Below, one piece after another: positions 14,950 to 29,074 of a stretch of DNA of 64,000 bases. The notes under the pieces are model-generated. The model saw nothing but the letters and a program-made list of their open reading frames with translations, did no database searches and was not told where the DNA came from. The DNA lies in the NCBI GenBank assembly GCA_965644265.1, contig OZ286463.1, positions 94,798,001 to 94,862,000 on the forward strand, written 5' to 3'. Every line of letters starts with the position of its first letter. Position 1 is the first letter of the stretch. A program made the position numbers and the translations under genes. The stretch comes from Glycera tridactyla (taxonomy: Eukaryota).

Positions 14950-16130
14950 CGGTACTGCCAGTCAGATTAGAAAGTTGAAGCTTTCAGAATCCATCTGGTG
15001 GCTATTGTGACAAGTTGATGTAGTGTCCGGATCATTAGGACATCATATGACTGTAGACGCTCCTGGCGAATCTGTAGAAGGTTGTGCCAGCCCCAGCCCT
15101 TGTTGAGGAAGGGCTCTTCGGAGATGTGAACCGCGTCAGCATCCATTCCAGTTTTGAGTGAACTCATACTTGAGTGAAGAGCCATACACTATCCTCTGAT
15201 TTGATAGATGCTGTTGAACTCAAACTAGTCAACCAAGGAGGGAAGTCAGAAAGGAGAGAAGCAATAGGAAATGAAGATGACCAAAGGGAATCGTTGGCTG
15301 AGACGGTGTTCTTGAGAAGGGCACTAGGGTGTTAGGTATATCATCAGGCAGTGCATCATCAAATGAGGTGATAACCTAATGAAACAGGATGTCACCAGAC
15401 AGATATCAGATGGTATTGAACAGTAGTATCGGACAATTGTTAGTCACAGAGACGTTTTTTTCTGTGACAGCATGAAGGATGTAAAAAGCAGTGTGAGATC
15501 ACATAAGGTCAAGTTTATGTGCCTCAAACATGTACTATCTTTGTTGATGGGGAGAAATTGAAATTAGGAATACCACAAGGGGCAAAATATAGATGTTTAT
15601 GGGAAGGGTTGAAATGTCGCTCATCAGTATAGCAGGTGATCATCTCCTTGAGATATATCAGATGATATGACAACATAAATTTATATTGGTGACATACAGG
15701 GTAATGTAGGAACCCCCCACCAACACCAACAATACCAACACCAAAACCTGATATCTCTCCATCAATAATCAGACACATTGAGATCCACTTCATCTCTCAA
15801 CTCTTGATATGTTTGTATTGCACATGTTGTGGGATGTCAGCAGGGGCAAATTTGGGGCCAGTTGGAGTTGGGGAAGTCTGAGAAGATATACTCAGCAAAC
15901 TCAATGGTATTTCCTGCTCTGTTTGCCATGGTCAGTGCAAGTTACTAAGAAATGCGACTCATGGGGAAGTATTCATATTCCACTTCGAGTCACACCCTAG
16001 GTATCTTACCATTAGCAACAGACAAATTGATCAGATATATTACCTGAGATGAATCCTGTTGGATGTCATCAGAAGATTGAGGTGCTTTAAGAAGGTGAGA
16101 GATACTTACGAAGCATTCAGATCTCATGGA
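14950..16130 (-). mobile_element. Decayed LINE remnant (C-terminal RT region)
   Basis: Minus-strand RYLGCDSKW (cf. RYLGV.FDSKL.W) and PPWL motifs; no intact ORF. Confidence 0.35.
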
Positions 16131-16230
16131 TCAGGAACGCATGACCCCCGCCCATCCTTTCCCTGTCTCCATGCCCATCTCTTTGTTCGTTTATGTGTCT
16201 CTGCACCTCTGTTCTCCTGCCTGTCTGCCT

Positions 16231-16371
16231 NNNNNNNNNNNNNNNNNNNNNNNNNNNNNNNNNNNNNNNNNNNNNNNNNNNNNNNNNNNNNNNNNNNNNN
16301 NNNNNNNNNNNNNNNNNNNNNNNNNNNNNNNNNNNNNNNNNNNNNNNNNNNNNNNNNNNNNNNNNNNNNNN
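16231..16371. other. Assembly gap (141 N)
   Basis: Run of N flanked by CCTGTCTGCCT and TCTATC simple sequence. Confidence 1.
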
Positions 16372-17212
16372 TCTATCAATGAAAATGACCATTAATAGAG
16401 AGAAAAATTCCATCTTGAATATTGCTCTTTGATATCAGGTGTGTCTGGAGCAATTGAATTTGTTTGAAGCTGTAGGTAACATGGCATTATTTGGTTTTTA
16501 TCCTTTATTTCAAAGTCAATGTCATTCTGTTTTTCAGTCTCCGCCAAATAGTCAGATGAATTAGGCTCTTGCCAGAGTCAATCAGTTGAGTTACAGAGAA
16601 GGTTAGATATGCTTCTCTTTGTTTAGACTATTTTGTTCTTTGTTTGTTTGCCCCACTACCACCTGCTGCCATTTCAATCATTAAGACATGGCATCTGTCT
16701 TCATTTTGGTCAAAATGAAATTGAGAGATTACATAAAATACACAGCTTATGGCAACCACATTGGAGCATTACCCACGTGTGTTTCGCTGACAGCCATTCT
16801 AATTGGGCTTGTTAATTTTAATTATTCATTTCCTTCACTTGTTCATTATGGAGTCCACCCATAAACCTATCTTTCACTTGGAAGTTATTGCATTCCTTCA
16901 TTTATATAACCCATTAGGTGGGGAGACCACCATCATCCATACATTCATCATTGCTTGTGCAGAGACCCATTATAATGCTTAATTTCAGCGAGATATCCCC
17001 TTCACCAGCATTATACACTTCAAATCAGGAAAGGCTCTCAAAATGAAAGCCTTCATGGAGTCAATACCCACCCATTGAATGATACCTGCTTGAGTTTTGG
17101 AAGTGATGCCTGCAGTGTGGATAAGCATTTAGCTATCATTGACCAGGAACACACAGCATACATAATCCTCTAGGTTGATACATGCCATTAATCCTCAAAC
17201 AAAGCAAACTTT

Positions 17213-17890
17213 TACAGGTTCAGTCTATGGCTTTTGATGTAATGGGAGAAGCCACTTCCCAGGTTCAGTCTATGGCTTTTGATGTATTGGGAGAAGCCAC
17301 TTCCACTGGCTCAGGTTATGGCTTTTGACATAATGGGAAAAGCCACTTCCACTGGGTCACTTCATGGCCTCCGACATAATGAGAGAAGCCACTTCCACTT
17401 GCTTAGTTCATGGCCTCTGACATAATGGGAGAAGCCACTTCCACTGGGTCAGTTCATGGCCTCTGACAGTATGGGAGAAGCCACTTCCACTGGCTCACTT
17501 TATGGCTTCTGTCATAATGGGAGAAGCCACTTCCACTGAGTCAGCTTATAGCCTTGGACATAATGGGAGAAGCCACTTCCACTGGCTCAGTTTATGGCTT
17601 CTGACATAATGGGAGAAGCCACTTCCACTAGGTCAGTTCATGGCTTCTGACATAATGGGAGAAGCCACTTCCACTTGCTCAGTTTATGGCTTCTGACATA
17701 ATGGGAGAAGCCACTTCCACTGGGTCAGTTCATGGCCTCTGACATAAACGGAGAAGCCACTTCCACTGGCTCACTTTATGGCTTCTGTCATAATGGGAGA
17801 AGCCAAATCCACTGGGTCAGTTCATGGCCTCTGACATAAACGGAGAAGCCACTTCCACTGGCTCACTTTATGGCTTTTGACACGAGGAAG
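17213..17890. repeat. 46-bp minisatellite, ~14-15 copies, decaying further to ~18100
   Basis: Unit approx. GACATAATGGGAGAAGCCACTTCCACTGGCTCAGTTTATGGCTTCT, head-to-tail with no unique spacers. Confidence 0.95.
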
Positions 17891-18595
17891 CAAAGTAGAT
17901 TCACATTCATGGGTTCAGTTCTGGCACGGAGACGCAAAGAGAAGCCACTGTTACATAGTCAGTTCATCAGTTTTGGAATAATAGAAGCAAAGAGCAGCCA
18001 TACTTATGGGTTCAGATCATGGTCTCATGACATTTGAGAAGAACAGAGGTACTGTTTCACAGTATCTGTTGATGACTTTGTGGCATGATGAAGCAGATGG
18101 GGACCCCTCGCAGTCTCAGTTACATTATCAAGGGAAAGGAAAGTCATTCATCTTTGCAACATGATCCTTATGCAATAAATCACTACAATTCAAATTTGAT
18201 GAAGCATCTTTTTTACACAACTTTGATTGCTTGTTTCCCCTTTTCCATCATTACCCCGTAATGTTCTGACTTATGGTATATACATTTTTGAGACATGGAT
18301 CAGCTACTTGAGAACTTCTATCTAGCTTCTCAGAGATGCCAAAGTCACAAGGTGCTATGATAATACAGGGATTAATCTTACATCTCCAATATAATATTTA
18401 CCATTGCATAGGGTTACAGTGTCACAAGTGCATATCAAGATAATCGAGTATATCCTTCTCTGTGTTTTTTTTTTGTAAGCATTCAAACAAATTGGTTGAT
18501 TCAACCCCTTTCTATTCTCCAACTATCTTATTATTAGGGAAATATTCAAGGCAATTTGTCCTACTGCCCAAGTATTTAATAAAAAATGAGTCAAC

Positions 18596-19968
18596 TTTTT
18601 ATACCCCGCTGTTGAAAAAGCGGGGTATTATAGTTTCACCTCCGGCGTCGGTACGTCCGTCCGTACGTCCGTCCGCTCACATTTCATGCAATAACTTTGG
18701 ATTTGCTGGTCCAATTTTCATAACACTCCATAACTGGATCTATGAAAAAAACGATCCCAGAATTTGATTTTGTACCCAAAGGTCAAAGGTCAAGGTCACA
18801 GGAGCTATTTATAGATTTTCTTATTTTACACTCTAACTCAAGCTAGCCTCAATGGATATGCACCAAACTTACACAAAGTGATGACCCAATGGTGGGCCAC
18901 CTCCCTTTCGATGCATGTGACCATAGGTCAAAGGTCAAGGTCATAGGAGCTATTTATAGATTTTCTCATTTTACATTCTAAATCAAGCCGGCTTTAATGG
19001 ATATACACCAACCTTACACAAAGTGATGACCTAATGGTAGTCCACTTTCCTTTCGATGCATGTGACCCTAGGTCAGAGGTCAAGGTCACAGGAGCTATTT
19101 ATAGATTTTCTCATTTTACACTCTAACTCAAGCTAGCTTTAATGGATATGCACCAAACTTACACAAATTGATGGCCCAATGGGGGGGGGGCACCTCCCTT
19201 TCAATGCATGTGACCCTCGGTCGAAGGTCAAGGTCACAGGAGCTATTTATAGATTTTCTTGTTTTACACTCCAACTGAAGCTTGCATTGATGATATGTAC
19301 CTTGCTCACACAAAGTAATAGCCCAATGGTGGGCCACCTCCCTTTCGATGCATGTGACCCTCGGTCAAAGGTCAAGGTCACAGGAGCTATTTATAGATTT
19401 TCTTATTTTACACCCTAACTCAAGCTTGCATCGATGGATATGTACCTTACTCACACAAAGTAATAGCCCAATGGTAGGCCACCTCCCTTTCGATGCATGT
19501 GACCCTTGGTCAAAGGTCACGGTCACAGGAGCTATTTATAGATTTCCTCATTTTACACTCTAACTCATGCTAGCTTCCACAACGTAATGACCCAATGGTG
19601 AGATATCTTCCATTCGATGCACATGACCCTGGGTCAAAGGTGAAGGCCATAGGAGCTATTTTTAAATTTCCACATCTCACAATAACTCAGGCTAGCATTG
19701 TTGGATAAAGATCAAACTGATCTGGGATGATCAAGCAATACTGCAACATCTCCCTTACAATACATGTGACCCTAAGTCATAAGTCGAGGTGAAAGTTACA
19801 GGTGCTACTGTTAGATTTTCACATTCTACACAGTGATCCATGACATAGCCAACCAAACATCTCAATGACCTTTTCCGATATGGGTTACCCACTGTGCTTC
19901 CGTGTGCGATATGGGTTACCCACTGTGCTCTGTTGTGCGGGGTATCTTGCCCCTCTGTGGCCTTGTTT
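18596..19968 (+). mobile_element. HINE-like element, family 2, with ~8 internal tandem units of ~145 bp
   Basis: T-run followed by ATACCCCGCT...AGCGGGGTAT inverted repeat (18601-18628) and a (GTCC)n tract. ~145-bp units start near 18781, 18926, 19071, 19219, 19363, 19508, 19632 and 19775. 3' subTIR GCGGGGTAT (19937-19945), end GGCCTTGTTT. Confidence 0.85.
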
Positions 19969-20559
19969 TCAGGTCATATCGCCACATATTTCACAAATAT
20001 TAATCTTATGTAGACATAGTATGAAATTGTTAGTTGTATTTCTAATGTATGAATAGCAATACAAATTATGAATATGAAAATGTCATTGCATTGATGCCGT
20101 TCACAAATCAGCCATGTGATAATTGTAAACTATGTTTGGTGATACGCCATTGCAATGTACAAGGTACATCCCCATCGGTGCGATACCTTTAAGGGTTTGC
20201 CGATTAAGTGACAGATCCAGACAGATCTAGATCCTGAGACATCACAAATAGCATTGTGATGATTTCTTAATTCTCCAGGCAGTAATATATCGGATCTGAA
20301 CACTACCCAGATTATGTTTACTCATTCATTTCCCATTATTTTGCTGATTTCTGACATTTGTTTTATATTTCACATTTTCTGGATATCCATTACTTTCTAC
20401 AAGTTCAGTTCAAACTCATTCTATGCTGGGATTATCTTATAATCAATTGACATATGTGCCATCCTTCCTCTAAGACATCAATATGTACCAGTCATTTCTC
20501 TGTTTGAGCCATGCTCTTCACAGACTAGTGCAATGGCCAAGGTGTCCCGATTTCCCCAG

Positions 20560-20950
20560 TTTGGCTTGTTCCATGAAAAGTGGCCAGATCAACAATTTTA
20601 GATGTGAAATTCTCTATGGCCATTATGGCTTGCCAGCACTCATATTCATCTAATCAAATTCAGCCAGCATTCATTTACTTCATAAAGCCATGTTGCTTCG
20701 GTCCAAGTATGCCTGACTTTGGATTTAGCACTCATCCTTTGGTGGAGAGGACATGCCAGGATTGCATTCAGGTCACATCTGTCAGTTCTGCTCTCTGATT
20801 TTTTGGCTCTTCTCCACATGTAAGCAGGAGTTAATAGGAGAAGAGCTATTGGGGATTGTGTATTGATGAAGAGTAGGCTTTCCGTTGATCTTATCGGTTT
20901 AGGGGATAAAGTGACCAGGAGCAGACACATTGCTTTTCTTCACACAGAAC
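20560..20950 (-). mobile_element. Decayed LINE RT remnant
   Basis: Minus-strand PIALL followed in another frame by ILGPKQHGFMK (cf. YRPISL...LL..QHGFR), with stops and frameshifts. Confidence 0.45.
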
Positions 20951-22949
20951 CAGCATTCTCAGGTATTTGGGAAATCGTAGCTGTTATCTGGAGAAGTTGC
21001 ATGTAAAAGTTTGGTTCAGAACTACGACACATTAGGGATCAGAACAACTTTTTTCTTCACATGAATATAGACCCAAGATTTATTGATGAAATTCAGGGAT
21101 TTCATCATATCAATTACCATTGGTTTTACAGTTGGTTCGCCGTTTTTTGTGACACCTGCTCTCAATTTTCTCAATTATTGCCACTCTCCCCAGAATTTTA
21201 TGGTGAACGCTTGGTGTATTTGCAACAAATTTCATCTGTTCATTGCTGTGACACAACAAAAGAATGTGTGAATGTGTCAGTTAACCTGTGACATTGATTA
21301 TAATATCATGAAACAATTCCCCTTGTCAGCATTGGCACGAATGTGTCATATAAACAAACAAGAATAAATTGATCAACTATTTGTGCCAAAGACCAATCAT
21401 TCAGATAAAATCAGGTATTTCTCTTGAGTTTCATTTAGGTCAATAACAACTTCAAACAATGTTTTTCAAAAAGAAGATAGATATTGTTGCTTCTGAAGAA
21501 TAAATAGAGAAATACCGGTGTCACAAAAAAGCAAACCAACTGTAGTTGAGAAATATTTTCACCAGGAAGGACATCCAGAATTGTTAGGCAGTCATTGTGA
21601 GCTTTTATGCTGGGTGTGCATGATCATCAAGAATGTAGTTTTCCCTTCTTGCTCGCCCCTGGAAGTCTTCCTCACCTGAGCAACAATGTCTTCACCCACT
21701 TTAATTTAGATTTTTTTCTTTTGGACTGATTATCAAAAAGCCAGGTTCTGAATTTTTAATTTTGATGATTGAATTGGTGCCCTGGTATCTTAATCCAGTT
21801 TTTAGATGTGGATGCATCAGCAATTCTACAACTTTTTGAATAAATTTTCGATGAATTTTCGCCCTCTCCTCTCATCTGCCCAAACATACATTTTAACTGC
21901 CTGCTTTGACAGTATCATGCCGTCCTCCATGTTCCTCCCTCCAAACTGATGGAGAGCATTCACCATAGCTCATTCAACTTGCAGCATCTATGTTTCAAGT
22001 GCCTATCCTCCAGGTATCTTACACTTCCAGTCTTAGAGTACAATCGGTTTTATTCTATAATTTCAGCCACGCACAGAAGCCATTGATGTGAGTTTTGCAA
22101 ATTACCAGTTTTTGTTCCATCTAAAACTTCTGTTTATCATTTCATTGAATCTTTTAAATTTTGATCACAATTTTGAATAACTTATAATTCATCCTGATTT
22201 CAATATTTTGCATAAGCTATTATTCATGAACTGTATAGCTAATATGATAGTGCAATACATCATCCAGTGAACCCATTCCTGAACTCCAGTGTTCAAAGTC
22301 ACTTTAATATATATGCTATAAAATGCATCATAAAAGTGCCTGCTCACTAAATAAATGCAAATCATGATGATGCTAGTGGAATATACTGGTCAGAAATACT
22401 GATTATTTTATGCTCTCATATAAATCTGTTAGATCATGGAGAAAGATGAGAACCAGTTACAATTGCCTTTGTACTATATGAGTCGTGCTAGGGATATCAA
22501 GGGTTGAGTTATGGACAGCCCTTCACTGAGAGCATTGAAAATGAAGATTGAAGATTGTACCAAACTTTGCTTGCATAATTGCTTTCATACAATTTTTGTT
22601 CTTTTTCTTCAATTACCAATGCACTGTGTGGAACCATTGGTTTTTATTCATCCTTCAATTAGTCTGTTCTTATGAAACAAATTTCTAATTGAAGTGTGTG
22701 CGTGGTCAAAATATACCAGTCCATCATTCAAGCTATGGCTCAGTTAGAGTTTGTCATAATTTTGTTGGTCATAAATGATCATTAGGTGAAGTGTCGCATG
22801 ATATAAATGATTCAGTGACAGGGTTGCACCCAGTAGGGCGGCATTGAGGCACTTCATGCACTTCAATGCACTTCAAATTGAATTTTGGTACTGAAATTGG
22901 TTCCTTATCTACTTATTCTTATGTCCGAAATCATAGCCTGTGGGTTGCC

Positions 22950-23150
22950 TAGGGAAGAAAGGGCCCCACGTTTCCCTAAGTGTCGTAAGGGGTGACTAAG
23001 TGGGCATCTCGGAAATGACACCTTGTGTGTCTGTGAATTTGATAAATTTTCAGCCTCTGTTTGGGACCCAGAAGAAGGAGTCTTGGAAGATCCCACCCAT
23101 GCCCATTGTATGGGCATCACAATATAGCCCAGAACCAACCAACCAACCAT
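22950..23150 (+). mobile_element. SINE-like fragment with an (AACC)n tail
   Basis: Contains TGTCGTAAGGGGTGACTAA, a motif I associate with invertebrate core-domain SINEs, and ends ATAGCCCAGAACCAACCAACCAACC. A reverse (GGTT)n tail occurs near 10945-10985. Confidence 0.45.
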
Positions 23151-25079
23151 CCAAAATCATACCTGTAATGAGCGGCATCATTAGAATTTATCATTTGTAT
23201 CTCATAGAGGACAGTCTGGGTTTGAATGATTGCTCCCATTTTGTTTGTTCTACAACTGTGGCAGGTCATGAAATGGATGCTCCTTACTACATTCTCTCTC
23301 AGCTGTTTTCACTCAGAGTTTGTGCCACTTATTATCTCTTCCCTTTGATTCTCTCCACCCTGCATTTCTGTCCGCATTGAGTTTCCTATACAGATGATGA
23401 CAGAATTTTATTTCAAATATTTGACGTATTTCACTATATTGACACAAGGTGGCATTTGCAGTGAGGTCTCTCACGAGGGTTTATCTGGTTTTATCTGGTT
23501 TATCTTATTTTCCCCATGTGGTCAAAATGCCATGGTAAAGAGGTCAGAGGACCTCCAGGAGGTGTGATCACCAGGACATGAATCCCAAAAATTATGGTAT
23601 GGTTTTTGGTCCAGAAAATCAATGACTCCATGATGGTAATTACCGAGTTTATTGGGAAGAGAAATACAGAGTGAAATTTCTCTAGTGGTAGCATCATGAT
23701 GGTCAGAGAATACATGATGTTACTCAAACATGCTTGTCTGCACATCCGCTGGGTACCCTGCTCAGCCACCTTTGCACTAAACACACCCTGACCCTGAATG
23801 GCCACCTGACCCAACTCAGCGATGATGAAAGTGCCCAAATTACTGAATAGGGCCAAATTCACATAAACTCATGTGTTTGATGGTTAATTTCACAATCTGT
23901 AGAGGACAACCAATGATACAAATACTGGCGATGCTTCTATTGTTGGCACAGAGCTGAGAAATGCCTGAGAGAGGTTCACCCCATTCTTTGCTAGCTGCAG
24001 CAGTGGAATCATATCACTATCTAAAATGTCATCCGCTCATTCATAAAGGGAGACATGCCATGAGCAAGCCGGTCCCTTGTAGGAGGTGCTTTTGGTTATC
24101 TGGGATGGATAAAAGTTATCATGAATCAGTCATAATAGGTTGTCTTTCATTGGAGGGTTTTGCCACAAGCACCGATGTACTACTGATGACTTGGGATCCT
24201 TCAACCTTTGAAAGATCTGATGTAATTTTTCACTCCTAAATTCTGTTGTACCAGGCTGGTATGTTATGAGGGACTCAAAATGTCAGTAGCCACTGGTTCT
24301 GAAAATGTTCAGAATTCTGAAATCTGGATGAGAAATTGGAATTGAGAAGCTGCTGCAATCTTGCTTGGAGTTTCAGAACACATATACACGGGAGAATATA
24401 TTGGGGTAATGTTTAGAAAATTTACTCATACTTTCAAAAAGTTTTGCTTCATATTATCAGCATCACTAAGTACCCCTTGATTCATGTTAGCCAATATGAA
24501 ATACGAGATTACATATATAGGGTCTGCAAAGGTCAGTAAAAAGTCAAGAATTTCTCAAATTTCTTGAGAGTCAGCAAAATGTCTATAAATATAATTTCCA
24601 GTCAATCATTTATGGTGTTGGGGTATAGGTCAGTAAGAAGTCAGAAAAAAATCATCAGGCAGTGTGAAACCTAGGATGAGAAACCCCCAGCGAAAAACCG
24701 GCCTCTGATGGAAGACCGCTCTTTCAGAGCACCTGCCTTACTTTCATATTATAAAAACTTTAGCTTAGTCCAACTATTTTGGTGGTCTCGTCACGTTTCA
24801 CTTAGAGAGAAAGCTGCCCACCTGCCCAAGGCAGGTAGATTATCCTGATGGGCAGGTGGAAAGTGATCATAAGTGGCTTGCTCATATAGGTGGTGCTGGC
24901 TGATTTTCCAGGAGGGCGGGTTGATTCTATTGATTTATTCCCACTTTGCATGGGTGTGTGATGTTTTTTGCTGATCCCGATTGCTCAGTGAATGCCTACA
25001 GTACAGCCGTGTATCAATAAATGGTACAAATCATGCGATAAATGAATACTATGGTGTTTGATGATCGTTTTTGCAAAAG

Positions 25080-25534
25080 TCCCTTGTGACTAGACACACC
25101 GATGGCGCCCGGATCGCTATTAAAGAAGCCGACCTTTCGTTTTTATCATGAAATACATGCTTATTCAGTGTTGACATGTGTTTTTATTGGCGGGAACCAC
25201 CTCATCATGGATGTGCACTATGAATCATTGGAGTATGAAGCGCAAACGACAATAGCTGGGGTAAAGCGCGAATTGGCATCTCTACCAGCTGTCAACACGG
25301 TTTTCTTTGTTCTATCGCTGGACTCGTCGCTGATCGCACTTAATGAAACTGATCGATCATGGTTTCGATTGGCCCCTATGTTCGAACTGTCTTTTTTCTT
25401 TGATGACCTTCGCTGTTATTCGCAATTCACAGACTGGGCAATTAAAAGGAACTTTCTTGTGATCAGGGATCAGCTGAAATTTGGGGCAGTGGGCGTTTAT
25501 TGAAGCATGGGCGATTATTACGTCATTTTCTGTA
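25080..25534. mobile_element. CpG-rich, probably young pogo-like DNA-transposon fragment
   Basis: Ends TGGGCGTTTATTGAAGCATGGGCGATTATTACGTCATTTTCTG|TA, a subterminal-repeat style typical of marine-invertebrate Tc1/pogo MITEs. The left TIR was not located. Confidence 0.4.
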
Positions 25535-28500
25535 CATCAGGTTCGTACCATGTCGTTGTGCGCCTTGTTCTTGCCCAAGAGTGTTGATTTGCCCTCATGC
25601 ACTTCGCTACTATTTTTCATCTTCAGAAGTTGGAGTCTATGACTCTATATCAAATGCTATGGCACTGCATGATTATTACAATGAGGGCACATATCATGGC
25701 TAAGAGAGTAGCTCATGATAAAATTAAGTGGAAGGTCAGTAGAATTGGAATTTTGGTCTGGGAAAAGTCAGTGAAAGTTGAAGAATTTCACTTCAGGGTA
25801 CCTGGAATCATATCTCATCCCTAATGGTATCTATATCGTTGACTATATATTTTACTCTTACACGCTGAAAGTGACTTCTTCAGCCCATAACCATCCAGTG
25901 TGTGCAACAGCTCAACCCAATGTAACCCCTATGACTTATATCCATAGTTGGTTTGTATTTCTCATATTTTCAACTGAATCAATTTTTTACCATTCTCTAT
26001 GCAGTGAATACCTTCTGCTTGAAATAATGATTTTCAAATAGATATTTGCACAAAGACTCATTCTTAGCCTGCATCTCATACTATAATGTAGTGTCTGGGG
26101 GAATGGGGGATACTTCTGAGCTATAGAGTGTAGGTCATCCAGAATAATGACGGCACTTGTGACTGAACGATATGCAAACATAGTTGTTGACGAAGTGGCG
26201 AATGTCTTCTGTGATTCATGCACATGTGCATGTTGGCTTCATTACACCCAGTCGGAGCATTGGTCGACATGATTGGTCAGTATCATCTGATTGTTCTGTA
26301 ATATTTTGTCATGTTCAAGTCATATTGTTGGTTATGGTTCATGTTTGGCTGTACATTGTTCAATTTTTTGAATGCTTGTCTTTTGAGTTGGTATTTTGGT
26401 TCGGTGTTTCATTGTGTTTATATTGTATGATTTGGGTCTCTGTTTATGCTGCAGCCAGGTCCTTCATATATTTTCTTGACTACCCTGTATCAAGAAATAT
26501 GACCACAGTCCCGAAATTATTCAGAACCCTAGCTACAATTTATTGGTTCCTCTTCAAGTGGTACTCCATGTAGAATGATATTCCCTAAGGATATTGAAAT
26601 TTGCAGTCAATTTCACTTCTTTTATGGCCTTTATTTCTTGGGATTCTCGCCTTCAGCATGTGAGCTGAAAATGTCATTCTCAGTGAGAAATATGTTTGGT
26701 TGATTGTCGCTACAAATGGAAAGTACATATTGCTGACAACTTTCTAAGATCAGAACTTCAGAACGCTATGAAAAACACTCTGCCTATTCTTACAGGCATG
26801 ACAAAGCAATTGTGACATAGAGCAGTTTCAGCACACATGTTCCATCCATGAACAATGTAACCCGTGTTGAGAACTTATCAGTGTCGAGATTTACGATCAA
26901 GTCATTACAGTGTGACTATTGGTTCTGTCAAAGCCCATTGTTCTCTTTAAGATATTCCTGAAAAACAAAGGTCATGAGAAATGTAGAAATGATAGTATCT
27001 TTCAATGTCCATGTGATGCTGTTTTAGTTATAGATTCCTTGTCCTCTCCAGGTGATATATCTCTTGTAAGCTTGGGGTGTCGGTTAGGAAGAATATCACG
27101 TGTGGAAATCAGGTTTTGGATGAGGTGTCCAACGACCTTTTCCTATGTAGGTTGCTGATCACCAGAGCCCTGACTTTTCATGCTTTTGGATTTGTTGATT
27201 CCACCTCAGATGATCATCAACTATTTTCTGTCATAACAGTTTGACACCATACCCCCTTATGGTGCAAGAGACTAACATGATCTTGTTTAGTTGACATAAT
27301 CTCTCATATACCAGTAGTCATTTTTTGGTGACTGCTGTCACATGAAATCCAATTTAACTTCCATGACAGCCAGTATAATGATGAAGGCTAGTTCCTGAAT
27401 ATGCCAATATTCAGAAGGCATCAAATATAACTTCCTCTTCATGATGGAGGTACGACATGATTTATATATGGACATTCTTCAATATCCAAGTTTTGAATTA
27501 TTCAATGTGATCAAGAGCTACCCAGCAGGAGCATCCATAGAACCGGAACAGATCAGCAGCATCCTCATAGGCACACTGTATCTTGAGTTGTTAAGAATTG
27601 GGTTATCACATGCTTGTCATATTCTTTTTGTATCCCATTTTCTCTTTCTACCAGCTAGTTATCGTTTTTTCTTTGAGGTTCATAGTTTGGTATTGAAATT
27701 GACTGATGATATTAGGCCACCCCTGACATATGTTCTTGATTGCATCACTGGAATTTAAGTGAATGAATTATGCCAGCTTTCTGTATGAAACTCTTGTACC
27801 AATCATTTTGGTAGCACTGTGGTGGTAAATGAGGATGTCACTAGAATCTCAAACTTTGTCTTTCCTCTCTGTTGCCAAATGCTTAGGCATCTGGAATCTT
27901 TATTTCAGTCCATTATTACTCATTTTAAAAAAAGAAATTCTGTGTTTCACGCAAGACTTGCTTTAGATACCACCATGATCTTGAATGGATGATCGTGCAT
28001 TGTATAAAACTCCAATTGAAATTCAGCGGGAGATCTTCAAGTTGGGTTTATAGTACTGAACAGGATACAGACACAACTGTGTGGGTCTAAAATACCTAAA
28101 ATTAACAATCTAAATTGGTAGAAAGTCATGACACAAATGATACTTGTCAAACACATGGGTTGTATCACAAAGTGGGCCATTGTAAAATAGATTTTCAGTT
28201 TGAGAAAATATATTTGTAGTGCAAACATGGTAAAATGAGAAATATGATATTGACATGGTACGATGGAAACCTGTCAATATTTTCCTCTTGCCAGAGCCTC
28301 TCAATTCGGAAAGCCGTTAATCATGTTGTTTTCGTTTAATTTACATTGGATGAAGAGCCTATAAACTTCAATCAATTCTGGGTTTTTTCTTTCAAAATTG
28401 AGATGTAAAGTTAATCACATGTCAAATGATGAAACTTTTCGAAGTGGACTTATTGGCTGGATGAATGAAGTTTTGGCTGATATGATTTGGCTTTTTGCTA

Positions 28501-29074
28501 ATGTTCTTATGCTTTTTGTGTTATCATGTACCACTATAGAAATATATTCATGAGAATATGAATGCCAATTGCACAATGTTTACTGCTCATTCAGTGGTGT
28601 CTACCGTAGTTCAAGAATTGTGTTGATTTCTCCATTAGCAGTATTCCATTATCCATTTTTCTTTGTTGAGTCTTGTTATAGATTTCAAATCTGCTTTTTA
28701 TTTTGTTGTCATAGTTGCAGAGTCCTTGATAGCAAAGGATTGATTAATTCACCTATTTCAGCCAATTGGTATGGATTCGGTCACTAAGTCAAACATTTTA
28801 CCTTGACTATACATGAGTTTTTGATGAGACATTCAATTTATTATTCAGATGTTGCTAGGAACTTTCTATTGCTGCTTTCTTCAGCATATTATTGTGACTT
28901 GTCTGGTTATCTGAAAAATAATTTGATTCTCAATGAATATCCATCATTACTATACCTCATTAGGCATAATTCTAGCATTACTAGTGTGTTTATTTCAAGT
29001 TTTGTTGAGAGTTTGGGTTTATGTGGTGTCGGGGCAATATAAGTTGATAGGTGTTGTACTCGATTCTGTTTCAG

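Noticed and set aside
17213-17890. CRISPR-like array
   Set aside because: Units are head-to-tail with no unique spacers, no cas genes are present, and the context is eukaryotic.
19128-19563. Repeating ORFs in the 145-bp array
   Set aside because: Artefacts of the tandem repeat, frame-shifting between units.
25102-25503. 133-aa ORF as a protein-coding gene
   Set aside because: No recognisable domain or fitting splice sites, and it overlaps a probable transposon fragment.
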